Source: Calditrichia bacterium
GTDB taxonomy: Bacteria > Calditrichota > Calditrichia > JAJRVZ01
Direction: 5' to 3'
Length of the DNA: 64,000 bases
Assembly (NCBI GenBank): GCA_963777955.1
Contig: CAVZSQ010000022.1
Location: 736,001 to 800,000, forward strand
Below are positions 9,751-20,926 of this stretch, piece by piece. Numbering within the stretch: position 1 is the first letter of the stretch; every line of letters begins with the position of its first letter. The notes beneath the pieces are model-generated. The model was not told where the DNA came from and searched no databases. It worked only from the letters and a program-made list of their open reading frames with translations. Position numbers and translations under genes: made by a program.

Positions 9751-12700
9751 TTGTATCTGGAGTTATTATTCTTGGAACATAAGGAAAAACTTAAACCGCC
9801 TTATCAGGATAAACTGCTGCGCAAGAAAATATCCGAACTGGAACAGATAGTTGCGCAACAGGCCAGCGAACTCAAGGACCTGCGTTTATCAGAAAATAGA
9901 TTACAGATGCTCTTTGAATTTGCTCCGGATTTCTATTACCTCTATGATTTAAAAGGCAATTTTATCGATTGTAATTCCGTGGCTGCCGAAGTGATAGGGT
10001 ACAGCAGGGAAGAACTCAAGGGAAAAAATTTTTTTAAATTAAAACTGCTTTCTGCTGATCAGATTCCCAAGGCACTGTTCCTGCTGGCTCAGAATGCTGC
10101 GGGCAAAAGTATCGGTCCCGAAGAATTTATTTTCCGGCGCAAGGATGGTTTGAAAATAACTCTGGAAATCCGCAGCCGGCCGGTCAAAGTGTCCGGAAAG
10201 ACTCTGTTGCTGGGCCTGGCCCGTGATATCAGTGAGAAAAAGAAGATAGAAGAAGAGTCTGCTCATTTACGTAATCAGCTGGAGGACCTGGTCGCCGAGC
10301 GAACTTCTGAATTGATGGATACCAACATGGAGTTGCGGCGGGAGATCAATGACCGCAAATCAAGCGAAGAAGCTCTGCGTGAATCAGAAGAAAAATTCAG
10401 GGGTTTTGTGGAAACCTCTGCGGACCTTGTCTTCCGCCTAAAAGAATCGGGATACATTGAATATATCAGTCCGCGGGTTACTGAACTGTCCGGTTATACA
10501 GTTGAGGAGTTAGTGGGAAAATATATCAGTTATACCACTCCCCGTGAAGAAATTTCAAAAGTACTGAGCGCATTGCGAAAAGTACTTAAAGGACATACGC
10601 TAAAAGATCTTCATATCAACCAGATCGCCAAGTCGGGTAACTACATTCCGATGGAGATTAACGCGGTACCGATCTACCAGAAGGGTCGGATAATTGGAGT
10701 GCAGGGGGTCATGCGTGATATTACCGAGCGTAAACGCATAGAAAAAATTCTGGTAGAATCGGAAGAACGTTATCGTGACCTGGTGGAAAAAACGGATATT
10801 GCGATTTTATTGTGTGATTACCAGGGCCGCTTCAAATATTTTAATCACCGCTTTGCCGAGATTTTCGGGTACGGTATCGAAGAGATGAACCTGCACACCC
10901 TGGCCACTCTGGCTCATCCCGATGACCGCGATTTCCTGTCGTCCTACCAGCAACACCGGCTGGAAGGAAACAAGATTCCCTCGCGGCTTACATTCAGAGG
11001 ACTGCGCAAAGACGGGGAAACTATTTATGTGGAAGCGGATATTACGGCCGTTAAGGACGAGGTACAAGGCACGCAGGGTGTGCATATTTATCTGTGGGAT
11101 GTCAGTGAACAAATATTAGCCCAGGAGGCAGTAAAGAAATCTGAAAGCCGTCTGCGCGAATTGAATAATACCATTCGTGATGGTTTGATCCTGCTTGATT
11201 TGGAGGGGAATATCCTTGAATACAATCCGGCTTTCCGCAACCTGATTGATCTGTCCAGCGATGGTTTAGTAGGTAAAAATTTCAGCGATCTGACCCCCGC
11301 CCGCTGGCATGATTCAGAAGCACAAATTATCCGGGAGCAGGTATTGAAAAACGGCTATACGGATATTTATGAGAAAGAAATTCTGGGCGCCGGGGGGAAA
11401 ACCATCCCGGTCGAGGTACAGATGTACCTGATCAAGGACCATAATGGTAAGTATACCGGTCTGTGGGCTATAGTACGGGATATCAGCAAGAAAAAGCAGA
11501 TCGAGCGCGAGATCAATATGCTGGTCCAGGCTGTTAAAAGTGTTCAGGAATGTATCAGCATTACCGACCTGCAGGATAAAATTATATACGTAAATGATGC
11601 TTTTTGTAAAACCTACGGTTATCAATTTGAAGAAGTAGTCGGTAAGCCGATTGATTTCATCAGGCCGGTGGAGAATATGGAGCCTGTCGCTGAGCCGGCC
11701 GTATCCCCGGCGCCCAAACAAGGTTGGCCAAGAGAATTGTACAATAAACGTAAGGACGGAACCATTTTCCCGATCCTGTTATCCAAGGCTGTGGTCTACG
11801 ATGATAATAAAAAACCCATGGCCATAGTCGGTGTGGCTTCCGAGATTACGGAGCATAAGAAAATTGAAGAACAACTGCGCCAGGGCCAGAAGATGGAAGC
11901 GATCGGCCAGTTAGCCGGTGGTATCGCCCATGATTTCAATAATATTTTGACTGCCATTAATGGTTATGCCGAGCTGGCCTTAATGAAGATGGAACCTAAG
12001 AATACGTTGTTTAAAGAGATAACCGGAATATTAAAAGCCGGGAAAAAGGCCAGTACCCTGGTCCGTCAACTTTTAGCCTTTGGCCGCAAACAGATGATTG
12101 AACCTAAAACCCTGAACATCAATGCCCTGATCAAAGATCTGGATAAAATGATGCGCCGGTTAATCGGTGAGGATATCCGGCTGGATATACATCTGCAAAA
12201 AAATATTGGCCCGATCAAAGCAGATCCGGGCCAGATTGAACAGATCCTGGTCAACCTGGTGGTGAACGCCAGGGATGCCATCAATCAAAAAACAGAATTT
12301 GCCAGCGGCAAAAAGATAACCATCGAAACAAATATCTTTTATCTGGATGATATTTTTGTGGCCAAGCATCCCGGCAGTATGAAAGGTGAACATCTCTGCA
12401 TCGCCGTCAGCGATACGGGTATCGGGATTGACGGGGCTATCAAAGAAAAAATATTCGAGCCGTTTTTTACCACCAAGGATAAAACCAAGGGTACCGGTCT
12501 GGGTTTATCAACCGTATATGGTATTGTAAAACAGAATTATGGGAGTATCTATGTTTATAGCGAAGTTGACAACGGTACTACCATTAAAATTTACTGGCCT
12601 TGTGTTGGCGGGGATATAAACGACGAGCAGGTCAAAAGCGAAATCAAAGACGGTTTTACAGCAGGGACGCGAATCCATCCTGTTTGTCGAGGATAATGAT

Positions 12701-13034
12701 GAGGTGCGAAACTTCACTCTGCGTGCGCTGCAGCAACTGGGCTACAAAGTATACGATGCCTGCAACGGTGTGGAAGCACTGAATCTGTTCAGCAACGGAC
12801 ATCCACCGATGGACCTGGTTATCAGTGATGTGATTATGCCGGAAATGGGCGGTAAAGAATTGGCCGATAAACTAAAGACAATCTGGCCAAAAACAAAAAT
12901 TCTGTTCACCTCGGGTTACACCGATAATCATATCGTACACAGCGGAACATTACAGGCAGGGGTAAATTTTATACACAAACCTTATTCAATCGAATCACTC
13001 TCGCATAAAGATCAGAGAAGTTCTGGATCACTAA
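9751..13034 (+). CDS. Cytoplasmic hybrid sensor histidine kinase (5 PAS + HisKA + HATPase + receiver); +1 frameshifts near 12668 and 13010
   Basis: Five PAS/PAC blocks ending in DIS/DIT/EIT-type motifs, H-box [35 protein letters not shown]. The receiver domain continues in the next frame (ILFVEDN...[10 protein letters not shown]...TSGY...HKPY) and ends KIREVLDH* at 13032-13034. An alternative TTG start at 9772 follows GGAG. Confidence 0.9.
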
Positions 13035-13156
13035 ACCAATCTTTTAGTTCTTCATCCCGCTCGGAAGATTTCTTAATAAAATTATTGGCGGCGTTTGCTT
13101 TTTTTTAAAAGTCGGATTATTTTCCAAAGAAACATTAAGTATGTTGGTCAAAACTG

Positions 13157-13772
13157 ATGGAAAAATGCCAGACATTGTATTTTGAGCAGCGCTACTGGCA
13201 GGCGGGTAAGAACTTGATTGCCGGTGTGGACGAGGTTGGTCGCGGACCGCTGGCCGGACCGGTTCTGGCCGGAGCAGTCATATTTGAGAAAAATTATTTT
13301 CTGCCGGGAGTTCGTGATTCCAAAAAATTATCACCTCAAAAACGGATATGAATTAGCGGCCATTATTAAGCGTGAGGCAATCTGCTGGGCCGTCGGTTCG
13401 GCAGGAGTTGATGAAATCGAACGATACAACATCCGCCAGGCAACTTTTATGGCCATGCGCCGGGCGCTGACCGCCCTGACCTGCAGACCGGATTTCATTC
13501 TGATCGATGGTGAAAATTTACCGGAAATTCCCTATGATTCCATCGGTATCACCGGCGGGGATGATAAGTCATTCACCATCGCTGCTGCTTCCATCGTGGC
13601 AAAAGTGGAACGGGACCTGCTGATGACAGAATTGGACCGCAACTATCCGCTGTACCGGTTTGCTCAGAATAAAGGGTATGGGACTAAAGAACATATTCAG
13701 ATATTGCGTCGCTACGGACCATCCATCCAGCATCGCCGCTCATTTCTGAAGAATATTATCACACCTGCCTGA
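13157..13772 (+). CDS. rnhB: Ribonuclease HII; +1 frameshift near 13346
   Basis: [15 protein letters not shown] and DSKKLS in the first frame; [26 protein letters not shown] and HRRSF in the second. Confidence 0.93.
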
Positions 13773-13891
13773 ACGCCCTGTCTTGGGATTCAGCCAAACC
13801 GGGAATAATCGAGTTGCAGAGTTATCGATTGCAATTGGTATGCATTTAATTGTAAATTCAATTCTTAATTATTCTAGTTTAGAGGTAATTT

Positions 13892-14963
13892 ATGATTATT
13901 GTACTCAGTCATAATATTCTTGCTGAAGAATACGAAAATCTCAAACAATATATTCTGCGCAAGGGAGTTCGTCTTCATGAATCCGAAGGTACGGAAAAGA
14001 GAATAATCGGGATCATCGGCGATAAAAGGGATCTGGACCGGAATGCCATTGAGGCCTTTCCGGGCGTGGAAAAAGTGATCCCGATCCTGGAACCCTATAA
14101 ACTTGCTTCCCGCAAGTTTCATCCGCGCAATACCGTGGTAAAAGTAGGTAAAGTTAATTTCGGAGAGATCAATCCTGTAATCATGGCCGGACCCTGTGCC
14201 GTAGAAACAGAAGAACAAATCTGGGATATTGCCCGCGAAGTGGCTCAGCAGGGCGGACAGATTCTGCGGGGGGGAGTGTACAAACCACGCACCAGTCCTT
14301 ATTCTTTTCAGGGACTTGGGTGTGGAAGGAGCAAAATGGCTGAAACAGGCCGGCGACAAATATGGCTTGCCGGTGGTTTCGGAAGTCATGGAAATGGATG
14401 ACCTGGAAACTTTATACCCCTATATCGATATCTTCCAGGTGGGTGCCCGTAATATGCAGAATTTTAAGTTACTTAAAGCAGTAGGCCGCACCGATAAACC
14501 GGTATTCATGAAACGGGGGATTTCCGCCACGCTCAATGAATTTTTAATGAGCGCGGAATACATCCTTTCTTCAGGGAATGACCGGGTCATTCTGTGCGAA
14601 CGGGGTATCCGCACTTTTGTCGAATACAGCCGCAACACTTTCGACCTGAATATTGTCCCCATGATTAAAAACGTATCCCATCTGCCGATCATCGTTGACG
14701 CCAGTCATGCCACCGGCAGAACCGATCTGGTCATCCCGATGACCCTGGCCGGTCTGGCCGCAGGTGCAGATGGCTTTATGGTCGAGGTTCATCCGAAACC
14801 GTACGAAGCCTTTTCCGATGGTAATCAATCATTAAATTATAATCAGTTTGGACAATTACTGCAGGATTGGCAGGTAATAAAAAATGCTATTCTGACCTTG
14901 CGCAAGAAGAAGTTGGAGGAAGTTGAAAAGCATGTATCGGATTACAGCACCCACCTGCCGTGA
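13892..14963 (+). CDS. aroF: DAHP synthase, type I-beta with an N-terminal ACT-like regulatory domain; +1 frameshift near 14320
   Basis: MAGPCAVE, RGGVYKPRTSPYSFQGLG, QVGARNMQNF, LCERGIRTF, DASHATG, EVHP...SDG. Confidence 0.93.
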
Positions 14964-16195
14964 AATTCAGGTTGACTTACCAGCTTCTAAAAGCATTACT
15001 CATCGTGCACTGATCCTCGCCAGTTTGAACCTGGGCACAGCAGAAATAGTTCAGCCTTTGTTAGCGGATGATACCGAAATTACCTTCAGCGCTTTACGGA
15101 AGCTTGGCAGCCAGCTAAACAGGACAGTTAAGTCGATTGAATGTTCGCAGCCCATTGGCCGGATCAGGGAAAACAGAATATTTCTGGGAAACTCGGGATC
15201 CTCGGCACGATTTTTAATCCCGCTCGCTGCACTGGTGAATAAACCCGTCTCTTTTTATGGCGATGCGCGGTTGCATCAACGGCCGTTCGCTGAGTTATTC
15301 CTGGCTCTGCGTCAATTGGGTCTGAGGCTGGAAGCGACCAACCAGTCTCTGCCGGTTAAGGTGTTTCCGGGACCAATCCGCGGCGGAAGGGTTGTTTTTA
15401 AACAATTGCCATCTTCACAGATCATCAGCGCTTTAATGATGGCTGCACCCTGGATGGAACAGGATCTGAAAATCCTGTTACCGCCGCGTACTCCTTCACT
15501 TCCTTATATCACCATGACTTATAAACTCATGCAGCGTCTGGGATTTCCCGTCGCTTTTGAAAAAAGAGAGATAAGCCTGGCGGCCGGCAAACCGCACTTT
15601 GACTGGTATCTGCGAATTGAGAAAGATTTATCGGCTGCTTCCTACTGGGTCCTGCTGGCCATGATAAACCGCTGTAAGGTAATTTTACCGGGGGTGGATT
15701 TACCCTCGCTGCAGGGTGATGCACGTATCTTTGAGATTGCGGCTCGAGCTGGGCTCACGGATCATTCTTTTTTCCGACCGGCTTGAAATTGATGGCGAGA
15801 TCCGCCGGGGATTAAAACTCGATTGCAGTGAAATCCCAGATTTGGTGCCGGCCCTGGCTGTTTTGGCACTTTTTGCACCCGCTCCTTCGCAACTCATGCA
15901 GATTAAGCATTTGGAATACAAAGAAAGTAATCGCATTGCAGCTCTACGTCAAAACATTGCTGTGCTGGGCGGGAAAAGCAATTATCAGCGGGGTAATCTG
16001 ACTATCTATCCCCGGAAAAAATATCATGGCGGATTAATACACACCTATACCGATCATCGTATCGCGATGAGTTTTGCAGTTGCCGGTACCAGGATCGAAA
16101 ATGTACGTATCGATTGCCCGGAATGTGTGTCCAAATCTTATCCTAAATTTTGGCAGGATTTTTCTTTTTATGAGGCAGAAACAGAAGGATCATAA
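14923..16195 (+). CDS. aroA: 3-phosphoshikimate 1-carboxyvinyltransferase (EPSP synthase); +1 frameshift near 15747; start may be ATG 14932
   Basis: PASKSITHRAL, GNSGSSARF, SSQIISAL, DLSAASYW, LQGD, KESNRI, DHRIAMSF, VSKSYPKFW. Confidence 0.92.
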
Positions 16196-16199
16196 TGAA

Positions 16200-16514
16200 A
16201 TGAAACAAGCAGTTGACAGTCCGGCAGCGATACAAAAGCTACGCCAGCAAATCGATGTTGTGGATAACCAGATCATCAGGCTGTTATCCAGACGTTTTCA
16301 ATTATCCCGGCAAATGGGTATTTTAAAAAATAAAACAGGCAGTTCAATTATAGATTCCGGCAGGGAAAAACAGATTTTTGACCGTCTACTGCGCCAGACC
16401 AGGGGATCCATACTCGACCCCCGGATGATATTGGGGATCTGGAAAAATATTATTAAGAAATCATATCAGATACAACGGCAGGTCTGCGATGTCAAAAAAA
16501 ATCAAACCGATTGA
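16200..16514 (+). CDS. Chorismate mutase (AroQ class, monofunctional)
   Basis: LRQQIDVVDNQIIRLLSRRFQLSRQMGILK...DSGRE is the CM_2 signature; it lies within the aro operon. ATG 16200 was chosen to avoid a long overlap with aroA. Confidence 0.85.
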   Translation: MKQAVDSPAAIQKLRQQIDVVDNQIIRLLSRRFQLSRQMGILKNKTGSSIIDSGREKQIFDRLLRQTRGSILDPRMILGIWKNIIKKSYQIQRQVCDVKKNQTD

Positions 16515-17253
16515 ATTTGCCGTAATAGGTGCGGGACGCTTTGGTCTTTTCTGGGGCAACCACCTGGCGGTGCATTATCCTACCAGTTTTTATGACAGCA
16601 ATCCCCGGGTCAGTCAAAAATCAAAACCTGCCGGGCGCTGGCAATCCCTTAAACAATGCCTGCGTAAGGATTACATTTTTCTGACCATACCGATCGGTCA
16701 GATTCCGGAGTTTCTTAAAAACCATGCCGGCCAGATTAAAAAAGGATCGGTGCTGATTGATTGCGCCTCAGTTAAATTACCCGTCCTGGCCTGGTTTGAA
16801 AAATATACTTCGCCGGATGTTTATTATATTGCCAGTCACCCCCTTTTTGGTCCTGATTCAGCCCGGTTGGGTTTGCAGGATCATCTCCTGGCTTTAATGC
16901 CCGGGCATGTTCCGCTGGAACATTATAATTTTTTAGTGCAATTATTCACCCGCAGATTACATTTAAATGTACTGAGCATGTCGGCCGACGAGCATGACCG
17001 CCTGATGGCTTATAATCTGAGTCTGGTACATCATCTGGGCCGGACTTTAAATGAGTTGGGTGTTGCCAAGTTGCCATTGCGCATGGCCGGTATGAAAAAA
17101 TTGAGCGAAATCAGCCAGATTGTAATGAATGATTCAGAAGAATTATTCAGGGATTTTTACAGATTCAATCCGTATTCCGCCAGACTGAGGGATGACTTTC
17201 TGGCGGTGTTCGCCAAACAGGGCGGGATCGAAACCATTAAGGTCAGGGAATGA
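16489..17253 (+). CDS. tyrA: Prephenate/arogenate dehydrogenase
   Basis: GAGRFG Rossmann motif, DCASVK, SHPLFGP, EHDRLMA; operon context. Confidence 0.87.
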   Translation: MSKKIKPIEFAVIGAGRFGLFWGNHLAVHYPTSFYDSNPRVSQKSKPAGRWQSLKQCLRKDYIFLTIPIGQIPEFLKNHAGQIKKGSVLIDCASVKLPVLAWFEKYTSPDVYYIASHPLFGPDSARLGLQDHLLALMPGHVPLEHYNFLVQLFTRRLHLNVLSMSADEHDRLMAYNLSLVHHLGRTLNELGVAKLPLRMAGMKKLSEISQIVMNDSEELFRDFYRFNPYSARLRDDFLAVFAKQGGIETIKVRE

Positions 17254-17837
17254 CTGTAAATCGGACAGTGAATCCTGAATTGCCGGAAACATCCACTGAC
17301 TGCCGGCATATCTTTCTGACCGGTTTCATGGGCAGCGGTAAAACGACCATTGGTAAAAAAATAGCCCGTAAGATAGACCGGCCCTTTTTTGATTGTGATC
17401 AGGAAATCGAGAAACAAACCAATTGCAGTATTCCCGATATATTCAAGTATGAGGGTGAACAGAAATTCAGAAAATACGAACAGCAAATCATCAGCGAACT
17501 GGCCGGGATTCTTCGACCGGCCGTAATTGCGCTGGGCGGGGGTGCCTTGATGCAGGGGCAGAATCTGGAGACTGTAAAAAAACATGGACAGCTGGTATAT
17601 CTTAAAAGTCATCCGGATCTGATCTGGCAGCGTGTCCGTTTGAACCGGAATCGGCCTCTGCTGGTCAGCGGCCAGAAGGTTCTATCGAAAGAGGAATTCG
17701 ATCAGAAAATATCCGGATTGATGGCAGACCGGGAAAAAGGATACCTGGCGGCAGATATTATTATTGACTGCGGGCGCAAAAAGGCAGACGAGCTTGCTGA
17801 AATGATTATTGTGCAATTAAATTTAAAAAAATTATGA
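17250..17837 (+). CDS. aroK: Shikimate kinase
   Basis: GFMGSGKTTIG P-loop, GEQKFRKYE, ALGGG, RPLL. Confidence 0.95.
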   Translation: MTVNRTVNPELPETSTDCRHIFLTGFMGSGKTTIGKKIARKIDRPFFDCDQEIEKQTNCSIPDIFKYEGEQKFRKYEQQIISELAGILRPAVIALGGGALMQGQNLETVKKHGQLVYLKSHPDLIWQRVRLNRNRPLLVSGQKVLSKEEFDQKISGLMADREKGYLAADIIIDCGRKKADELAEMIIVQLNLKKL

Positions 17838-18934
17838 GCAACTATAAAAAAATATATGTGGAATTGGGATCGGAGAGATATCCGGTTTGCGTGGGCACGG
17901 GTGTTTTTAATCTGTTACCCCGGCTGATCAGGTCTGTTTCAACTAATCGCCAGCTGGTCATCATTTCGGTTCCCCCGGTGGCCGCTTTATATCTGGATAA
18001 GGTCAGATCCGTTTTTGATCAGTCCTGGCAGATCAATCGACTGAATGTACCCGATGGGGAGAGCAGTAAATCGGCAACCGTGTTGCAGAAGATATATGAC
18101 TGGCTGATCAGCCGCCGCCTGGAAAGGAATTGTACCATTCTGGCCCTGGGCGGTGGAGTGATCGGCGACCTGGCCGGCTTTGCTGCGGCCAGTTATTTAC
18201 GCGGGGTCAATCTGATCCATCTGCCGACTTCGCTGCTGGCCCAGGTCGACAGCAGTATCGGCGGCAAGGTCGGAATTAATCACCAGGCCGGCAAGAATTT
18301 AATCGGCTTTTTTTATCAACCGAAAGCGGTTTTGACAGATATTTCTGCGCTGCAAACACTGCCCGAAGAAGAATATGTATGCGGCCTGGGTGAAATTATT
18401 AAATATGCTGTACTAAATAGAAAATTGTTTGCTTATCTGGAGATAAACCTGCCCCGCTTGTTGAAACGCGATCAGCAGATCTTATTGCCGGTCATCAGAC
18501 AGTGCATAGAAATCAAAGCGAAAATCGTAGCGGCTGATGAAAAAGAGCAGGGGCTGCGTGCTGTCCTGAACCTGGGTCATACCTTCGGACATGCCCTGGA
18601 AAGGTTTTATGCTTATAAATTTTTAAAACATGGACAGGCTGTAATCCTGGGACTGCATTGTACCCTGCAGGCATCGCAAATGACCGGCCTGATCAAGCCC
18701 GAAGATTTGCGCCGGATCGCAGATCTTTTACAGCAGATTCCTGTTTTCCTTCCAGCCGGCGGTAAGAAGTTCAATGCAACTAAGATCGAGTCATTACTGT
18801 ATACAGATAAAAAAATTCGTGCCGGTAAAGTCAATCTGATTCTGATTCAGCAGATCGGAAAAGTGGTCAGGAAACCGGTGACCGATCGCAATCTCCTGCT
18901 GCGAAGTCTGGAAATCGTAAAGAGTATTAAATAA
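17834..18934 (+). CDS. aroB: 3-dehydroquinate synthase
   Basis: DGESSKS, ALGGGVIGDLAGF, PTSLLAQVDSSIGGKVGIN, LNLGHTFGHALE, HGQAV, DKK. Confidence 0.96.
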   Translation: MSNYKKIYVELGSERYPVCVGTGVFNLLPRLIRSVSTNRQLVIISVPPVAALYLDKVRSVFDQSWQINRLNVPDGESSKSATVLQKIYDWLISRRLERNCTILALGGGVIGDLAGFAAASYLRGVNLIHLPTSLLAQVDSSIGGKVGINHQAGKNLIGFFYQPKAVLTDISALQTLPEEEYVCGLGEIIKYAVLNRKLFAYLEINLPRLLKRDQQILLPVIRQCIEIKAKIVAADEKEQGLRAVLNLGHTFGHALERFYAYKFLKHGQAVILGLHCTLQASQMTGLIKPEDLRRIADLLQQIPVFLPAGGKKFNATKIESLLYTDKKIRAGKVNLILIQQIGKVVRKPVTDRNLLLRSLEIVKSIK

Positions 18935-18999
18935 AGCATGTACCGGTTTTTAGAAGTTGCTGAAATACATAGTGAATAATTTAGAGTTGGAGAGCAGAT

Positions 19000-19440
19000 A
19001 TGAAGATCATGATAATTAATGGTCCGAACCTGAATATGCTGGGCCGCCGCCAGCCGGAACATTACGGAAAGGAAACCCTGGAGGCGATAAACCTTTATAT
19101 TGCCGACTACTTCAAAAAAATAGAAGTGCAATTTTATCAGGGTAATAGTGAAGGGGAGATCATTGACCAGATCCAGTCCGCTGTCGCTAAGAATTTCAAA
19201 GGTCTGGTCATCAATCCCGGGGCATACACCCATTATTCGTATGCCATTCGTGATGCCCTGGAGTCATGCGGATTACCGGTAGTGGAAATACATTTGTCGA
19301 ATATTGATGCCCGGGAGGAATTCCGGCGTATTTCCGTGATCAGTCCGGTCTGCTGGGGTACAATTTCAGGTCTGGGCAAATACGGCTATATTTTAGCTGT
19401 GCAGGCTCTGGCTCATCGTCTGGCCAAGAAAGAGAATTGA
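19000..19440 (+). CDS. aroQ: Type II 3-dehydroquinate dehydratase
   Basis: NGPNLNMLGRRQPEHYG, INPGAYTHYS, EIHLSNIDAREEFR. Confidence 0.96.
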   Translation: MKIMIINGPNLNMLGRRQPEHYGKETLEAINLYIADYFKKIEVQFYQGNSEGEIIDQIQSAVAKNFKGLVINPGAYTHYSYAIRDALESCGLPVVEIHLSNIDAREEFRRISVISPVCWGTISGLGKYGYILAVQALAHRLAKKEN

Positions 19441-19447
19441 CTATAAA

Positions 19448-20905
19448 ATGACCCTGCTCGGTCAGATAAAAAATCTAACCAAACATTCTGCTATTTATAC
19501 CATCAGCACGGTTATTCAACGGGCCGAGGGTTTTATACTTCTGCCGATACTTACCGACACATCTTACCTGGCTACCAAGAGTGAGTATGGTGACTATACG
19601 CTGATCTATACCTTTATTGCCTTTATGAATGTGTTTTATCTGTACGGAATCGATGCGGCATTTCTGCGTTATTATTTCCTGGGGCGGCAGAAGAAAGAAG
19701 ACATATACCGCTCAGCCATTCAAATTCTGTCGCTCACTTCATTGATCAGTTCAGCCCTGCTTTTTTTGCTGGCCGAACCGCTTTCATTATTTATTTTTAA
19801 CGAAAGCCACTATACTTTTTTTGTAAAAATAGCCGCAGCGATCCTGCTGGTCGATACCCTGTGCAGTTTACCTTACCTGATTCTGCGTGCGGAAGAGCGT
19901 TCGGTCTTGTTCACTGTGATCCGCCTGGGCAGATTTCTGTTGGAATTGGTGTTAGACATTGTTTTTGTGGTATTTCTTAAAACCGGGGTAAAGGGGATTT
20001 TATACGCCAATCTGCTGGCCGCACTGGTGAACCTGCTGGTATTAATTCCTTCCCAGTGGCACTATCTGCGTGGGAAATTCTCCTTTCCGGCCATCCGCGA
20101 ACTGCTGCGCTTCGGCCTGCCCATGATCCCTAATGGCCTGGCCTATCTGGTGGTGGAGATAAGTGACCGCTATCTGATGCTGCATTTGCTGGATAAGGAC
20201 AGGGTCGGTGAATACAGCGCCAACCATAAATTTGGCACGTTGATGCTTTTACTGGTAACTGCTTTTCGCACAGCCTGGCAGCCCTTTTTTCTAAAAGTTG
20301 CTCCGCAGCCGGATGCAAAAAAAATATACAGCCGGGTAATGACCTATTATATGCTGGGTGCTGCCGTGGTGGTACTGCTGGGCAGCATGTTTATTGAATA
20401 TCTGGTTAAAATACCGATCGCCGGACAGACAACCATATTGGGCAGAGAATACTGGGGTGGCCTACGTATTATCCCGCTCATTTTACTGTCTTATATGCTT
20501 TATGGGATTTATACCAATCTGATGGTTGGCATATATATCCAGAAGAAAAGTGAATGGATGGTACTGTTCACCGGGCTGGCAGCGGTGGTCAACATCAGTG
20601 CTAATTTTTACCTGATGCCGCGCTATGGTTTAATGGGTGCCGCCCTGTCTGCTGTGCTGGCATATTTTGTAATGACCGCATCTATTTATATCGCCAATCA
20701 GAAGTTTTATGCGGTTGTTTATGAATACAAGAGACTGTTCATAATTTGTGGTTATCTGGCCGCAGGCCTGGTTCTTTATTATTTTATTCCCCTCAATGTT
20801 TATTTACGTATACTGATTGTATTAGCGCTGCCGCTGGTGCTGGTTTTCTCAAACTTCTTTAATGCCGAAGAGAAAGTATTTCTGCGTTCAATTTTTAGAC
20901 GATAA
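19448..20905 (+). CDS. Wzx-like oligosaccharide/polysaccharide flippase (MOP superfamily)
   Basis: About 12-14 hydrophobic helices, EYGDY, ELLRFGLP, LMPRYGLMGAA. Confidence 0.85.
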   Translation: MTLLGQIKNLTKHSAIYTISTVIQRAEGFILLPILTDTSYLATKSEYGDYTLIYTFIAFMNVFYLYGIDAAFLRYYFLGRQKKEDIYRSAIQILSLTSLISSALLFLLAEPLSLFIFNESHYTFFVKIAAAILLVDTLCSLPYLILRAEERSVLFTVIRLGRFLLELVLDIVFVVFLKTGVKGILYANLLAALVNLLVLIPSQWHYLRGKFSFPAIRELLRFGLPMIPNGLAYLVVEISDRYLMLHLLDKDRVGEYSANHKFGTLMLLLVTAFRTAWQPFFLKVAPQPDAKKIYSRVMTYYMLGAAVVVLLGSMFIEYLVKIPIAGQTTILGREYWGGLRIIPLILLSYMLYGIYTNLMVGIYIQKKSEWMVLFTGLAAVVNISANFYLMPRYGLMGAALSAVLAYFVMTASIYIANQKFYAVVYEYKRLFIICGYLAAGLVLYYFIPLNVYLRILIVLALPLVLVFSNFFNAEEKVFLRSIFRR

Positions 20906-20926
20906 AACAGGGTACTGAATCCTGAA

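Noticed and set aside
13773..13891. Attenuator, leader peptide or T-box upstream of the aro operon
   Set aside because: The region is short and AT-rich, with no aromatic-codon leader ORF, T-box motif or terminator hairpin visible.
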